From Candidatus Heimdallarchaeota archaeon (GTDB taxonomy: Archaea > Asgardarchaeota > Heimdallarchaeia > Hodarchaeales > Hodarchaeaceae): DNA of 64,000 bases. The translations under genes and the position numbers were made by a program. Every line of letters begins with the position of its first letter. Positions within the stretch are counted from its first letter, which is position 1. Shown here piece by piece: positions 10,336 to 19,780 of the stretch. The notes beneath the pieces were generated by a model. It ran no database searches. It had not been told where the DNA came from and worked only from the letters and a program-made list of their open reading frames with translations. The stretch covers positions 4,325,589 to 4,389,588 of the forward strand of contig CP070695.1 of assembly GCA_020353515.1 (NCBI GenBank), in the 5' to 3' direction.

Positions 10336-11033
10336 ATGTCACAAGAATTTTCTCTTCCACGACTTATTGTCCAAGTAATAGTTGGGTTTATTTTTTATGG
10401 TATTTTTTTTTTGTACCCGCAGGTTCTATAGAATGGATAGAAGCTTGGATATTTCTTATCATTACCTTTCTCTATGTGATGGTAATCGTCCTTTATTTCT
10501 GGAAAAAAGATCCTACAATTCTGTTATCTCGGTCCAAAATCAAGCCTGAAAAAGGATTCGATACAGTATTTTTTTTGATTACAGGTTTAACTTTTTTCTC
10601 AATGTTTCTCATTACTGCTTTTAGCGTGAATCCTGCATTAACTGATCTATTTCCGTGGTCAAATTTCAGAGTTCCATTAGCAATCGAATTCATTGGATTT
10701 GGTGGGATGATACTTGCCTTTACAATATTATTCATTGTAATGCGGGAAAATGCTTACGCATCAAAACGAATTGGAGTAGATGAAGGGCAAAAAGTGATCA
10801 CAACAGGCCCCTATTCGTATGTTCGCCACCCGATGTACATCGGATTCATTATCATGACTATTTGCTTCCCAGTAGCACTTGGGTCATTTCTTGCTCTACC
10901 ATCAGCGGTACTTGTCGTTATTCTTATCGCTGTTCGAGCAACTTATGAAGAAAAGACATTAATAAAAGAATTGGAAGGATATAAGGAATATACTGAAAAA
11001 GTACGTTACCGATTAATACCTAAGATATGGTAA
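10336..11033 (+). CDS. Isoprenylcysteine carboxyl methyltransferase (ICMT/Ste14/PEMT) family protein, frameshifted at a T10 tract
   Basis: VITTGPYSYVRHPMY, EEKTL, YRLIPKIW. ATG 10336 (MSQEFSLPRL...) joins VPAGSIEWIEAWIF only if T10 at 10403-10412 is T11. Confidence 0.8.
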
Positions 11034-11080
11034 AAATAATATTGGATATTTAATCCCAGAACAATAGCTAAGAAAATTAA

Positions 11081-11833
11081 ATGAAGAATCAAGGAGATAG
11101 AAAAATGGATAATTGGATGGAAATAGGAAAATCATTAGAGGAAATACTTAGGCCTCAAACATATCCGCTTGCGATAAAATTTGTAAAGGATGAATCAGAA
11201 TTCCCTGAAAGAACCAGACGGCCTGAAGAAAAGATTGCTATTTGTCAGGCATTGTCTATCTGTCGTAAATATGGGTGGACAATGGGAATAACAGGAGAAG
11301 ATAGTGGGTGCCCTGGAGCTAGCGTAACTTATGGATGGCCATCACCCATTGATGAATCCCAATTGGCGCAATTCTTTCAAATTGCTGGTTACGCTTCAGA
11401 TGAGATTGGGACACAAAGAATCGTGGAAAATTTAGATCGATTAGAAGCAGGGAAATATGGAGGAGTAGTAGTTTCACCCTTAACACGAACAAAGATCGTC
11501 CCAGATGTTATATTAGTGTATGGAAACCCAGCTCAGATTATGCGATTATTACAGGGAAATATGTATAAGGAAGGGAAGAAATTAAAAAGTGAATTGGCTG
11601 GAATAATGGCTTCCTGTACCGCGGGAATCATACGAACGTTTAATACTCATGAATGTCAAGTTGTTGTGCCTGGAAATGGGGATCGGGTTTTTGCGGGCAC
11701 TCAAGATAATGAAATGCTCTTCACAATACCTCCAGAAAAAGCAGAAGATATCATTGATGGGATGAGGCAACAACGTTTTGCGAAATACCCAATTCCTGCT
11801 ACACTACAGATGCCACCACCATTCCCCCTTTGA
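11081..11833 (+). CDS. DUF169 family protein
   Basis: PLAIKF, ICQA, CPGA, PDVILVYGNPAQIMRL, GDRVFAG, EMLFTIP. Confidence 0.85.
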   Translation: MKNQGDRKMDNWMEIGKSLEEILRPQTYPLAIKFVKDESEFPERTRRPEEKIAICQALSICRKYGWTMGITGEDSGCPGASVTYGWPSPIDESQLAQFFQIAGYASDEIGTQRIVENLDRLEAGKYGGVVVSPLTRTKIVPDVILVYGNPAQIMRLLQGNMYKEGKKLKSELAGIMASCTAGIIRTFNTHECQVVVPGNGDRVFAGTQDNEMLFTIPPEKAEDIIDGMRQQRFAKYPIPATLQMPPPFPL

Positions 11834-11869
11834 TCTAATAATCACATCCACTAAAGGTTGTAGAAAATT

Positions 11870-12133
11870 ATGTCTGAAGACACAATTAAAGCAAAATTTG
11901 AAGACGCAGTACAACGAGCAAGTAATTTACCCAATCAACCACCTGAAATATTGCTCGAAATGTATGGACTCTATAAACAAGCTCTCGTTGGAGATGTAAC
12001 AGGGAAGAGACCTGGGCGTGTGAAAATTAAAGCACGATACAAATATGACGCTTGGGCCTCAAGAAAAGGAATGTCACAAGAGGATGCAATGAAAACATAC
12101 ATTAAACTAATTCAAAAGCTTGAAAGCACCTAA
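11870..12133 (+). CDS. Acyl-CoA-binding protein (ACBP)
   Basis: FEDAV...LEMYGLYKQALVGD...RPG...KYDAW...GMSQEDAMKTYI, the canonical ACBP pattern. Confidence 0.92.
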   Translation: MSEDTIKAKFEDAVQRASNLPNQPPEILLEMYGLYKQALVGDVTGKRPGRVKIKARYKYDAWASRKGMSQEDAMKTYIKLIQKLEST

Positions 12134-12175
12134 CTCAGGATTATAAAGGGAGCGTAACACGATTGAGGTTTACGT

Positions 12176-13000
12176 ATGCCAAGTATAGAACTAGAAGATA
12201 TTAATGTACATTATGAAATCAATGGAAAAGGAGCCCCTTTCGTTTTTATTCAAGGAGCATTCGTTAGTTCTACAATGTGGGAGAATCAGGTAAATTTTTT
12301 TTCAAAATCTTTTCAAACTCTAGTGTATGATTTACGTGGACACGGAATAACAGGCCCCTCTTCTAGAAAAAAATATTCAGTTGACCTTTATGCTGATGAT
12401 TTGGTTAATTTACTTGATGCACTGAATATAGATAAACCGATAATTTGCGGTATAAGTCTTGGTGGAATGATCGCACAAGTTTTCGCGACCAAATATCCTG
12501 AAAGGCTCTCTGCTTTGATATTAGCCGACACAGCGGCCACTATTACCCTCACGCACTGGGATTATATAATGAGGTATCTCATTGGCCCAAAATGGCTGAT
12601 GTTACTTTCTTTACGGATGATGGGGGTTCACAGATTTATAAAATTCTCATTTTGGTTGGGAAAATTCACCAGAAGTAAAGAGTGGCTTGGAAACGAAGAA
12701 ATTATTGAATATGAAAAGAATGAAATGCTAAATTTAAATAAAAAAGAATACCTGAAAATTTTTGGCTCATTATATGACTTTAAGTTACAGAAATTAGCTT
12801 TTATAACAGTCCCTACACTTGTAGTCAATGGTGAACACGAAGCGAAAAGTATTTTCAAGCATGCAGAGAAGATACAAAGCTTAATACCCAATTGTGATGT
12901 TGACATCATAAAAAACGCAGGCCATACGTCAAATATGGAAAATCCTAATGAATTCAATCAGAAAATCAATGATTTCCTACAGAAGAATAACATTGAATAA
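12176..13000 (+). CDS. alpha/beta-fold hydrolase
   Basis: YDLRGHG, GISLGG, AGHTSNMENP. Confidence 0.9.
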   Translation: MPSIELEDINVHYEINGKGAPFVFIQGAFVSSTMWENQVNFFSKSFQTLVYDLRGHGITGPSSRKKYSVDLYADDLVNLLDALNIDKPIICGISLGGMIAQVFATKYPERLSALILADTAATITLTHWDYIMRYLIGPKWLMLLSLRMMGVHRFIKFSFWLGKFTRSKEWLGNEEIIEYEKNEMLNLNKKEYLKIFGSLYDFKLQKLAFITVPTLVVNGEHEAKSIFKHAEKIQSLIPNCDVDIIKNAGHTSNMENPNEFNQKINDFLQKNNIE

Positions 13001-13013
13001 AACATGGTAAGGA

Positions 13014-13571
13014 TTGGAGAAAATAATACAACAAATGGAACAACATATAGTGATTATTGATACCATTAATCCAACAATAACAAATGTGTACCATTCTCCG
13101 TCTGACCCCATTGAAGGAGATACTATTAATGCGTATGCTGATATTGAAGATGAGGCAGGGATTGCTATAGCTGAAATATATTTCCAAGTAAATGATGAAA
13201 TGGGATGGACTTCAATACCAATGGCTGTTTATGGAGGAACAACCTATCATGTAAGCATAGGATCATTTTCAGAAGATACGGAAATAAGGTATTATATCAA
13301 GGCTAGTGACGCATCAGACTCCAATAATGAAGCTATAAATGATAACGAAGGAAATTACTATGTAATCTATATTCTATTCTTACCAGAATCCTCTACACAA
13401 CCCACAACCTCTATGGTTGAGGAAACATCAGAAGAGGAAAGTAGTACAGAGCTAAGTGAACCAGGTCAAATCTCGATAAGGGCACCAATTAATTTAACTG
13501 GTCTTGAAATTGTCTTGTTAATAGCTAGTGCTGTACTCTATCGAAAACACAAAAAAATGCAAGGAAAGTAG
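13014..13571 (+). CDS. Ig-like surface-protein module with S/T/E linker and C-terminal membrane anchor; no signal peptide, possibly a fragment
   Basis: PTITNV...YYIKASD...NDNEGNYY, then an S/T/E-rich linker, TM and RKHKK tail. Confidence 0.55.
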   Translation: MEKIIQQMEQHIVIIDTINPTITNVYHSPSDPIEGDTINAYADIEDEAGIAIAEIYFQVNDEMGWTSIPMAVYGGTTYHVSIGSFSEDTEIRYYIKASDASDSNNEAINDNEGNYYVIYILFLPESSTQPTTSMVEETSEEESSTELSEPGQISIRAPINLTGLEIVLLIASAVLYRKHKKMQGK

Positions 13572-13629
13572 TAATACTACTTTTTCCTCTTAAAGTATAA
13601 AAAAGGGGAAATTTGCGGTATAGATAGAC

Positions 13630-14481
13630 CTATATCGCGAATTCTCGCTTATGGAAGATGGTGAGCGCGCTAATTAAAGCAACTATTCCTACTCCAGCAA
13701 CGATGATTACATCACTTAATGGAAGCATTCCAGTCTTGATAATAGTACCAAGGCTGAAATAGTGGAATAAGGAAAAGTTTTGAATTCCAAGTTCTCCTGT
13801 AGGATCTAGCAATCCACCAAAACCATCTAGCATATATTGGCCTCCAATTAATACCCCAGCAGCAGTCAATGACCTATTTGAGTCGAGAAAAATGGTTGCA
13901 CATAATAAGGATATTGCCCCTAAGGCAAAGAGGAGTAAGAATATTCCGAGTGCATAATTGACTACAAGATCATTGTTAATCACATAGTGATAAACTACAT
14001 CATTATAGGTAAATCCTTCTGGGTACAACATATCCATAACCCAGGTCAAACCAATCATAAAAACAACGATAGCCATTGGAAATATGAGGCTGTACGTGAT
14101 ATAAACACCATATTTTTCTAAAAGATACCGCCATCTTGGAATCGGATAGCTCAACATTACATCTAGGGTGTTTTTATCAATCTCAGTGGATAATATTCGA
14201 GCTGGAATAAAGAGAGCAACGAAAAGGACAAGGATATTCATAGTACCTCCGCCATACATGAACAGGACAGCTTGCCAAGTCAAACCAAGACCTTCAAGAC
14301 CTAAATCACCTAATATAACTTTATAAATGGGATTACTCATTGCTTCCAGTCTTTCAAGAATAGTTTTGATCATAGTTGGAAAACTCAAAGCAACTGTACC
14401 CACAAAAGCTGCTGCAACCAAAGGAGGTACTAAACCAGTTAACCAAGACTTTCGTAGATTCTTCAAATAAACATGTACCAT
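13630..14481 (-). CDS. ABC-2 type transporter permease
   Basis: EIDKNTLDVMLSYPIPRWRYLLEK, about 6 TM, FHKREF terminus. Confidence 0.85.
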   Translation of the reverse strand: MVHVYLKNLRKSWLTGLVPPLVAAAFVGTVALSFPTMIKTILERLEAMSNPIYKVILGDLGLEGLGLTWQAVLFMYGGGTMNILVLFVALFIPARILSTEIDKNTLDVMLSYPIPRWRYLLEKYGVYITYSLIFPMAIVVFMIGLTWVMDMLYPEGFTYNDVVYHYVINNDLVVNYALGIFLLLFALGAISLLCATIFLDSNRSLTAAGVLIGGQYMLDGFGGLLDPTGELGIQNFSLFHYFSLGTIIKTGMLPLSDVIIVAGVGIVALISALTIFHKREFAI

Positions 14482-14492
14482 TGTTACATCAC

Positions 14493-15422
14493 CTACTCAT
14501 AAAATTGGAGGAAAATTTCTTCAAGAGTTGCATCCTCACAAGTAAAACGTTTGATATCATAATTGGAGATCCATTTCAACAATTCATTGACATCTTCTTT
14601 AATCTTTAACACGAAGGTGTTCGTCTTCGTCTGTTCAACGGAAATGACTGTGTTTAATTTCCTGATTTCTTCTTCGGAAGGAACTGAAGATCCATTGAAA
14701 GTTATCCGCACCTTCTGCATGAATTTTGTTTTCAGATCTTCAACGGCTTCAACAAGAATCATTTTCCCTTCTTTAATGATTCCCACGCGATCACAGACCG
14801 CCTGAACTTCAGCAAGATCGTGAGAACTCAAAAAGATCGTGTATCCTTCTTTACTGAGTTTCCTGATAATTTTGTGGAAATGTGCAGTCATAAGAGGATC
14901 GAGTCCACTTGTAGGTTCATCGAGGATCAGAAAATCAGGTTTCGCAGCTAACGCTGCAATTAGGCCAGCCTGTTGACGGTTTCCTGTAGAAAGAGATTTG
15001 ATCTTCTTGTGAAGCTTCACCCTAAAGTTTTGTCGAAGCTCAGCAAGAAATTCCTCATTTATGGGCCGAAATTTGCTAAAATACATTAGAAGTTCTTCGC
15101 CAGTAAAGTTCTCAAATAACGCCATGTCACCAGGCACATACCCAATCCTTTTACGAATTTCAAACCGTTCTCGGTGATGATCAAGTCCGAAAATAGTGAC
15201 AGTGCCAGTCTGGATTTTGAGGTAATCCAAAATAGCCCTCATAGTGGTGGTCTTTCCTGCACCGTTAGGCCCTAAAAAACCGAAGATTTCTCCTTTTTTA
15301 ACGTCAAAACTGACTTCTTGAGCTCCGATGACACGTGACCCAAATTTTTTACCTCCAAGGCCAAATTCTCGACCATAAACCTTAGTCAAGTTTGATACTT
15401 GAAGGATTGCTTCAGTACTCAA
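14493..15422 (-). CDS. ABC transporter ATP-binding protein
   Basis: GPNGAGKTT, LSTGNRQ, ILDEPTSGLDP, SSH. Confidence 0.95.
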   Translation of the reverse strand: MSTEAILQVSNLTKVYGREFGLGGKKFGSRVIGAQEVSFDVKKGEIFGFLGPNGAGKTTTMRAILDYLKIQTGTVTIFGLDHHRERFEIRKRIGYVPGDMALFENFTGEELLMYFSKFRPINEEFLAELRQNFRVKLHKKIKSLSTGNRQQAGLIAALAAKPDFLILDEPTSGLDPLMTAHFHKIIRKLSKEGYTIFLSSHDLAEVQAVCDRVGIIKEGKMILVEAVEDLKTKFMQKVRITFNGSSVPSEEEIRKLNTVISVEQTKTNTFVLKIKEDVNELLKWISNYDIKRFTCEDATLEEIFLQFYE

Positions 15423-15644
15423 TTTTTTTTACTCCGTTTGAATATTGCTATACATTATTGATTTTTGCACAATTGACGCAATTCTGGGAAACATGTTAGA
15501 AAACAGGTATATATACTTTTCCTTATAGGCGTAAATTTTGGAAATTTGGTAAATTAAAGTACATTAACGAAATATTTAAAATATGCCTTATAATTGAATT
15601 AAATGACTTGAATTGCTGAAATCAACTTAAAACGAGGATAAAAA

Positions 15645-16760
15645 GTGAAAAATAATATCAATACAGCGCTTTATCAACTAAAGATTGATTATTTGCAATT
15701 TATGATTCAAGTACAGGATTGGCATGATCCTAACATCATATTAATTGTATATGCTCTCTTAATGGAAAAAGAAAAAATAACCCAAGATAATTTAATAGAT
15801 TTAACAGGATTAAGTCGGACTACAATCTCTGAAACCCTCTCACTTCTGATCAATGATCCTCGTGGAATTCCTGTTCTTCAGACACGCAAACCACGTGACA
15901 AGAAAAAATATTACTATTGTCCCCTTTCTTTTCAAGAATATGTGAAACGAATGTTCGGAGGAGCTCTAAAAACAATCAATCTTAACTTAGAATTTGTACC
16001 AGCTATGATAAAGAGATTAAATAGACTAAAACCACAAGATGAAGCAACTAATCATGTTAAAGAGTTCTTAGTATTTTTCTATACCTACAATCATTTTGTT
16101 CGTGTTGTTATGGAAAAGTATGACGAGGTTTTAACTGAATATTTTGAGAATCCAGAAAAAACACCAGATATCCGTAATTTTTTAACGCAAGAGGAGTTAC
16201 ACTTAGAACTTGATACACTAGATGAAACTCCTAACGAATACAAAGAAACGGACTCACTAACCAAAATTCAACGCGACTTTATTGGTGAAATGGTAAGTAT
16301 GGGTCAAACAAGTAGTAGCGGAGTCAACAAAGAACTTGCTTATGCATTTTTTTTGCTTTATCTTAGCAAAAGTCCAATTACTCAAGAAGATTTGATAAAA
16401 ATTACTAAATCACGTCGAGCTGCTGTGTCTGAAGCCTTTACATTGTTGTTACGACAAAAATTTGCCAATTTGGTTAAAAAACCTAATGATAGAAGAAAGT
16501 ACTATGAACCTATTATGAATTTAGACGTTTTTATATCCCAAAGATTACAGTTATCACGTCATAAAATCAATCAAATCAACTTAGTTATGAATAATAGATT
16601 TATCCCCGAAGTTGAGAAAATTGAAGGAGACAAAGAGGAGAAAGATAAGCTTAAGGCCTTTTTTCAAGAAACAGGGAGATATTTCCACATTTTGGGCCGC
16701 TATATGACGGATATGTTTGAATTTATTATGATCCAGTTAAAACAAACAAAAGTTGTGTAA
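15645..16760 (+). CDS. Tandem GbsR/MarR-like wHTH regulator
   Basis: Two repeats: ITQDNLIDLTGLSRTTISETL...KKYY and ITQEDLIKITKSRRAAVSEAF...RRKYY; divergent from the ABC operon. Confidence 0.75.
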   Translation: MKNNINTALYQLKIDYLQFMIQVQDWHDPNIILIVYALLMEKEKITQDNLIDLTGLSRTTISETLSLLINDPRGIPVLQTRKPRDKKKYYYCPLSFQEYVKRMFGGALKTINLNLEFVPAMIKRLNRLKPQDEATNHVKEFLVFFYTYNHFVRVVMEKYDEVLTEYFENPEKTPDIRNFLTQEELHLELDTLDETPNEYKETDSLTKIQRDFIGEMVSMGQTSSSGVNKELAYAFFLLYLSKSPITQEDLIKITKSRRAAVSEAFTLLLRQKFANLVKKPNDRRKYYEPIMNLDVFISQRLQLSRHKINQINLVMNNRFIPEVEKIEGDKEEKDKLKAFFQETGRYFHILGRYMTDMFEFIMIQLKQTKVV

Positions 16761-16955
16761 TTATTAATCATTCCCGAAATTCTAGGATTAATTCTGAAGA
16801 AAGTCATGATACGGTTGATGGAAAATAATAGTATGACTAAATAACACTTGTCGAACAGTATTATTTATCAAGTATACTCTTTTATAATTTGATTTCATCA
16901 GTGTCTGGTGATCAATATCTACTTGAGAGGTATTTTATAATTCAATAACTAACTG

Positions 16956-17744
16956 TTGGTTGTTATCATGCCTAAAAACTCAACAGAAAAGATCGATCTA
17001 GCTATAATAGAAAGAAAATTAAGTAAAGCAAGTACTTCATCAATATACGACACCTTAAGCAAAATTCAACTTGGAAATGTACTGGAAAAAGAAAAAACAG
17101 AAGATAGATTGGATATCGACCTCGATGGTTTCGCTAAACATACATCCCTCTCTAAGGCAACTCAAAAGGAAGATAAGAAAGATCAAACAACTGAGACAAT
17201 CATTGAACCATCATTATCTCCTCCATCTACAGTTCAAGAATTATCAATCCATCACAAAGTATCAATAATAAGTGCCTTTGAAAATCTCTTCGAGATTGAA
17301 AGATATCTCTTGACAGTGGCAGGTAAAGAAATTGAATTTTCCCTGAAGACTGTATCGACAAACCGACATTCTGAAATGATAAAATCCGATATTAACGGTT
17401 CCGATGCAGGAATTATACTGCTTCCTTCCTTCACTGACAGAAATGACATTCAAACGATAATAAATAAACATGTCTCTGAATTATGGAGTTATAATGGACT
17501 AGGCCCTGTTCCTTTTGTGATTTTAGGCTTGGAAGATAACATCACTACTGGTTCATTAGCTTTAGCCGAATTAGAGCAATCTATCAGGACTTTTATTGAG
17601 AATTTAACCCCTGTCACTAGAGGAAATTATGGTTTTGGCGTAAAATACTTTCTTACCAAGAATTTAGATTCAGAAACAGAATTAAGGAAAGTATTGCGGG
17701 CATTATCCATTTTATTAATATCTTATGAACGTTTCAAGATCTGA
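16956..17744 (+). CDS. Degenerate small-GTPase-like protein (pseudo-GTPase) with charged N-terminal region
   Basis: TVAGKEIEFSL, GSDAGIILL, ELWSYNGLGPVPFVILG and GFGVKYFLTK follow the Rab-like scaffold order; no GxxxxGKT, DxxG or NKxD. Confidence 0.55.
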   Translation: MVVIMPKNSTEKIDLAIIERKLSKASTSSIYDTLSKIQLGNVLEKEKTEDRLDIDLDGFAKHTSLSKATQKEDKKDQTTETIIEPSLSPPSTVQELSIHHKVSIISAFENLFEIERYLLTVAGKEIEFSLKTVSTNRHSEMIKSDINGSDAGIILLPSFTDRNDIQTIINKHVSELWSYNGLGPVPFVILGLEDNITTGSLALAELEQSIRTFIENLTPVTRGNYGFGVKYFLTKNLDSETELRKVLRALSILLISYERFKI

Positions 17745-17781
17745 AAAGCCAAGAAGGGAAGTAACTAAGAACACTTAGTTT

Positions 17782-18105
17782 TTAGAAACCATATTTGTGT
17801 AAGTAGTCACACTGCTGACAGTTTGGTTCTGACATAAAGTATTGCTTACAATAGGGTAAAGCTTTCTTTCTTAAAACTAATCTTCTAGTAAACTTTCGAC
17901 AAGACATGATGAACTTCTGAGTTTCGAGTTCTTCCAGACTTCCTGGTGATCCTGCTTTATAATACGGACAACGGGGTGGACATGGTTCATTCCAAATTTT
18001 CAATGTGAGACAATAGGTCGATTTTACATCATAAGATGTGATCAGAAACAAACACTCATGGAAAACCTGTTTTGGTACTTCAGTTGACAGCCAATTTTCT
18101 GTCAT
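17782..18105 (-). CDS. Small Cys-rich hypothetical protein with two similar C-x(13-15)-C-x8-CxxC-like halves
   Basis: 8 Cys in 107 aa: C..C..CPPRC and C..C..CQQC. Confidence 0.55.
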   Translation of the reverse strand: MTENWLSTEVPKQVFHECLFLITSYDVKSTYCLTLKIWNEPCPPRCPYYKAGSPGSLEELETQKFIMSCRKFTRRLVLRKKALPYCKQYFMSEPNCQQCDYLHKYGF

Positions 18106-18386
18106 CTACTTGTCCACCCATCAAATTATTCTATTAGTGAACTCGGTAAGTTATTTTTAATTACCTAATTTTCGGATCGTAATAATATCTGATGGATGAT
18201 ATGACGTAAAAAAGGATATTTATACCCATAAATCTATATTATAAAAGACAAGACTTAATATTTACTCCTATATTGTTAGTTTTAGCGAGTTTTCTTAATT
18301 ATAATGAAAACTTCTTGAATAAGATAGAATATAACAGATTAATGTTTTTTTCCATATTAATACAGACCGTTTATCCCTATTCCCCT

Positions 18387-18506
18387 CACTACTATATTGA
18401 AGACAGAAAGTGTCGCTTGGAAAGCCTCAAGACCACTACCACATCCAACGCGACTTCTGATGACCGACTAGCTTCTCCACATTTCTGTCTTTCAAGTAAT
18501 ACAGTG
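18387..18506. ncRNA. Candidate structured RNA element
   Basis: About 49% GC (44/90 over 18401-18490) inside an AT-rich spacer; nested inverted repeats 18397-18409/18482-18495 and 18412-18421/18444-18454. Confidence 0.4.
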
Positions 18507-18557
18507 CAGATGAAGTATTTAAACATATGTTTATAGGCCAGTGAAAACTACTGATAA

Positions 18558-19103
18558 CTACTTTCTTCTGACCATTTCTTTGTATGATTTAAAGGCAAGA
18601 AACTCCAAGACCCTACTAAAAGAATAAACATCATCTTTTTTTATCGAATAAAACACTTCATTTGGTAGTTCTTCTAGCATTTCAGGTTCATTTAGCATGA
18701 TTCGATTTGAGTCATCTATTATTTCAACAAAAGCTACAGGATTTGTTAAACCAGCCGTTCTTCGATAATTTTGATAAAAGACTTTAGCAGCAACTTCAGA
18801 GTCATGATCCGAAAAGAGAATCATTGCACCAGATGATTTATAGAAACGATTGTGTAACTTATCTGTAAAATATTGACTGATTGGTTGAACCAGGATTATT
18901 TTCACTTCTTTATTTAGAATGGGCCACCTAAATGAGGATATATTTGCAGAAATAACAGAAATATTCTCATGTGTCGAATTCTGTGGGTATCTTTTAGTTA
19001 AATTTTGAATATATCGAGTGGTTTGGCCATCAGGGTGACTTAGAACAGATATCCGTAAAGATATTTCGTCCATTAGCCCAAATTCACTCATATAGTTTTC
19101 CAC
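18558..19103 (-). CDS. Degenerate small-GTPase-like protein (pseudo-GTPase)
   Basis: LRISVLSHPDGQTT (decayed G1), KEVKIILVQPISQYFTDKLHNRFYKSSGAMILF (decayed DTAGQE..LR..YY.GA.GA..VF), NPVAFVEI. Confidence 0.55.
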   Translation of the reverse strand: MENYMSEFGLMDEISLRISVLSHPDGQTTRYIQNLTKRYPQNSTHENISVISANISSFRWPILNKEVKIILVQPISQYFTDKLHNRFYKSSGAMILFSDHDSEVAAKVFYQNYRRTAGLTNPVAFVEIIDDSNRIMLNEPEMLEELPNEVFYSIKKDDVYSFSRVLEFLAFKSYKEMVRRK

Positions 19104-19167
19104 TCGATTTTTAATCTGAAAATGAGCTGAATTGATTATTCGAAATACATGATTCTCTTTTAAATAA

Positions 19168-19203
19168 TTCCTTTTTCAATCGGGATTTAGATTGAAAAAG
19201 GAA
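19168..19203. repeat. Perfect 14-bp inverted repeat with 8-nt loop
   Basis: TTCCTTTTTCAATC-gggattta-GATTGAAAAAGGAA between two co-oriented minus-strand genes. Confidence 0.75.
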
Positions 19204-19266
19204 ATTAGGATATTTCATTAGCTAAATGGAGCTAACTCCCCTATTTGTTCTAGATTTAAATGTTAG

Positions 19267-19674
19267 TTAAACAGCTGTTATTAATGAAAAAACACAGGCA
19301 ATTATAGAGATAGCAATCCAAACAATGAACATATCCCTTTTTCTAAACTTAGAATAATCTATCAATCCGCTAAGAAATATTGCTGCTCCACCAATGATGA
19401 ATAATTGAGGGGCAATTGCTGATGATAATATACTGATAATGAGAAGAAAAATACCTAAACAAAGCATTTGAAGACTCTTATGGAAAACTTGATCATCTGT
19501 CACATTTACAGGTAGTTCTTTACCATGCTGTTTTCTTGGAAGATCGTAATTCTTAGTAACCAAGTAAAGAAGATTCGTCAAGGTCTCAAAAATTCCAAAA
19601 ATAAATCCAAATAAAGTTATTCCAACCAATTGAAAGATAGACAATTCTACGATAGCCATCTTAGATTTCACCAC
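19267..19674 (-). CDS. Small multi-pass membrane protein
   Basis: About 4 hydrophobic segments; RKQHGKELP loop. Confidence 0.65.
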   Translation of the reverse strand: MVKSKMAIVELSIFQLVGITLFGFIFGIFETLTNLLYLVTKNYDLPRKQHGKELPVNVTDDQVFHKSLQMLCLGIFLLIISILSSAIAPQLFIIGGAAIFLSGLIDYSKFRKRDMFIVWIAISIIACVFSLITAV

Positions 19675-19780
19675 TTTAAATTAAAACAAAAACAGTCAAA
19701 AATTTAGTTTCATACTGATTTATAACCTCCCAAAAGTCAATACAAAATTCAAGAAGTCTAAAAATTCATGGAATCCTGAA

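Noticed and set aside
18401-18495. Hammerhead ribozyme, C/D-box sRNA or SECIS reading of the structured element (contains CTGATGA and GAAA)
   Set aside because: Stems II/III cannot be built around the core in the required order, no properly spaced C/D box pair is evident, and no AUGA/GA SECIS core or in-frame UGA selenoprotein is nearby.
18273-18536. 87-aa ORF
   Set aside because: No recognisable motif, TTG start in very AT-rich sequence, and it overlaps the structured element; probably spurious.
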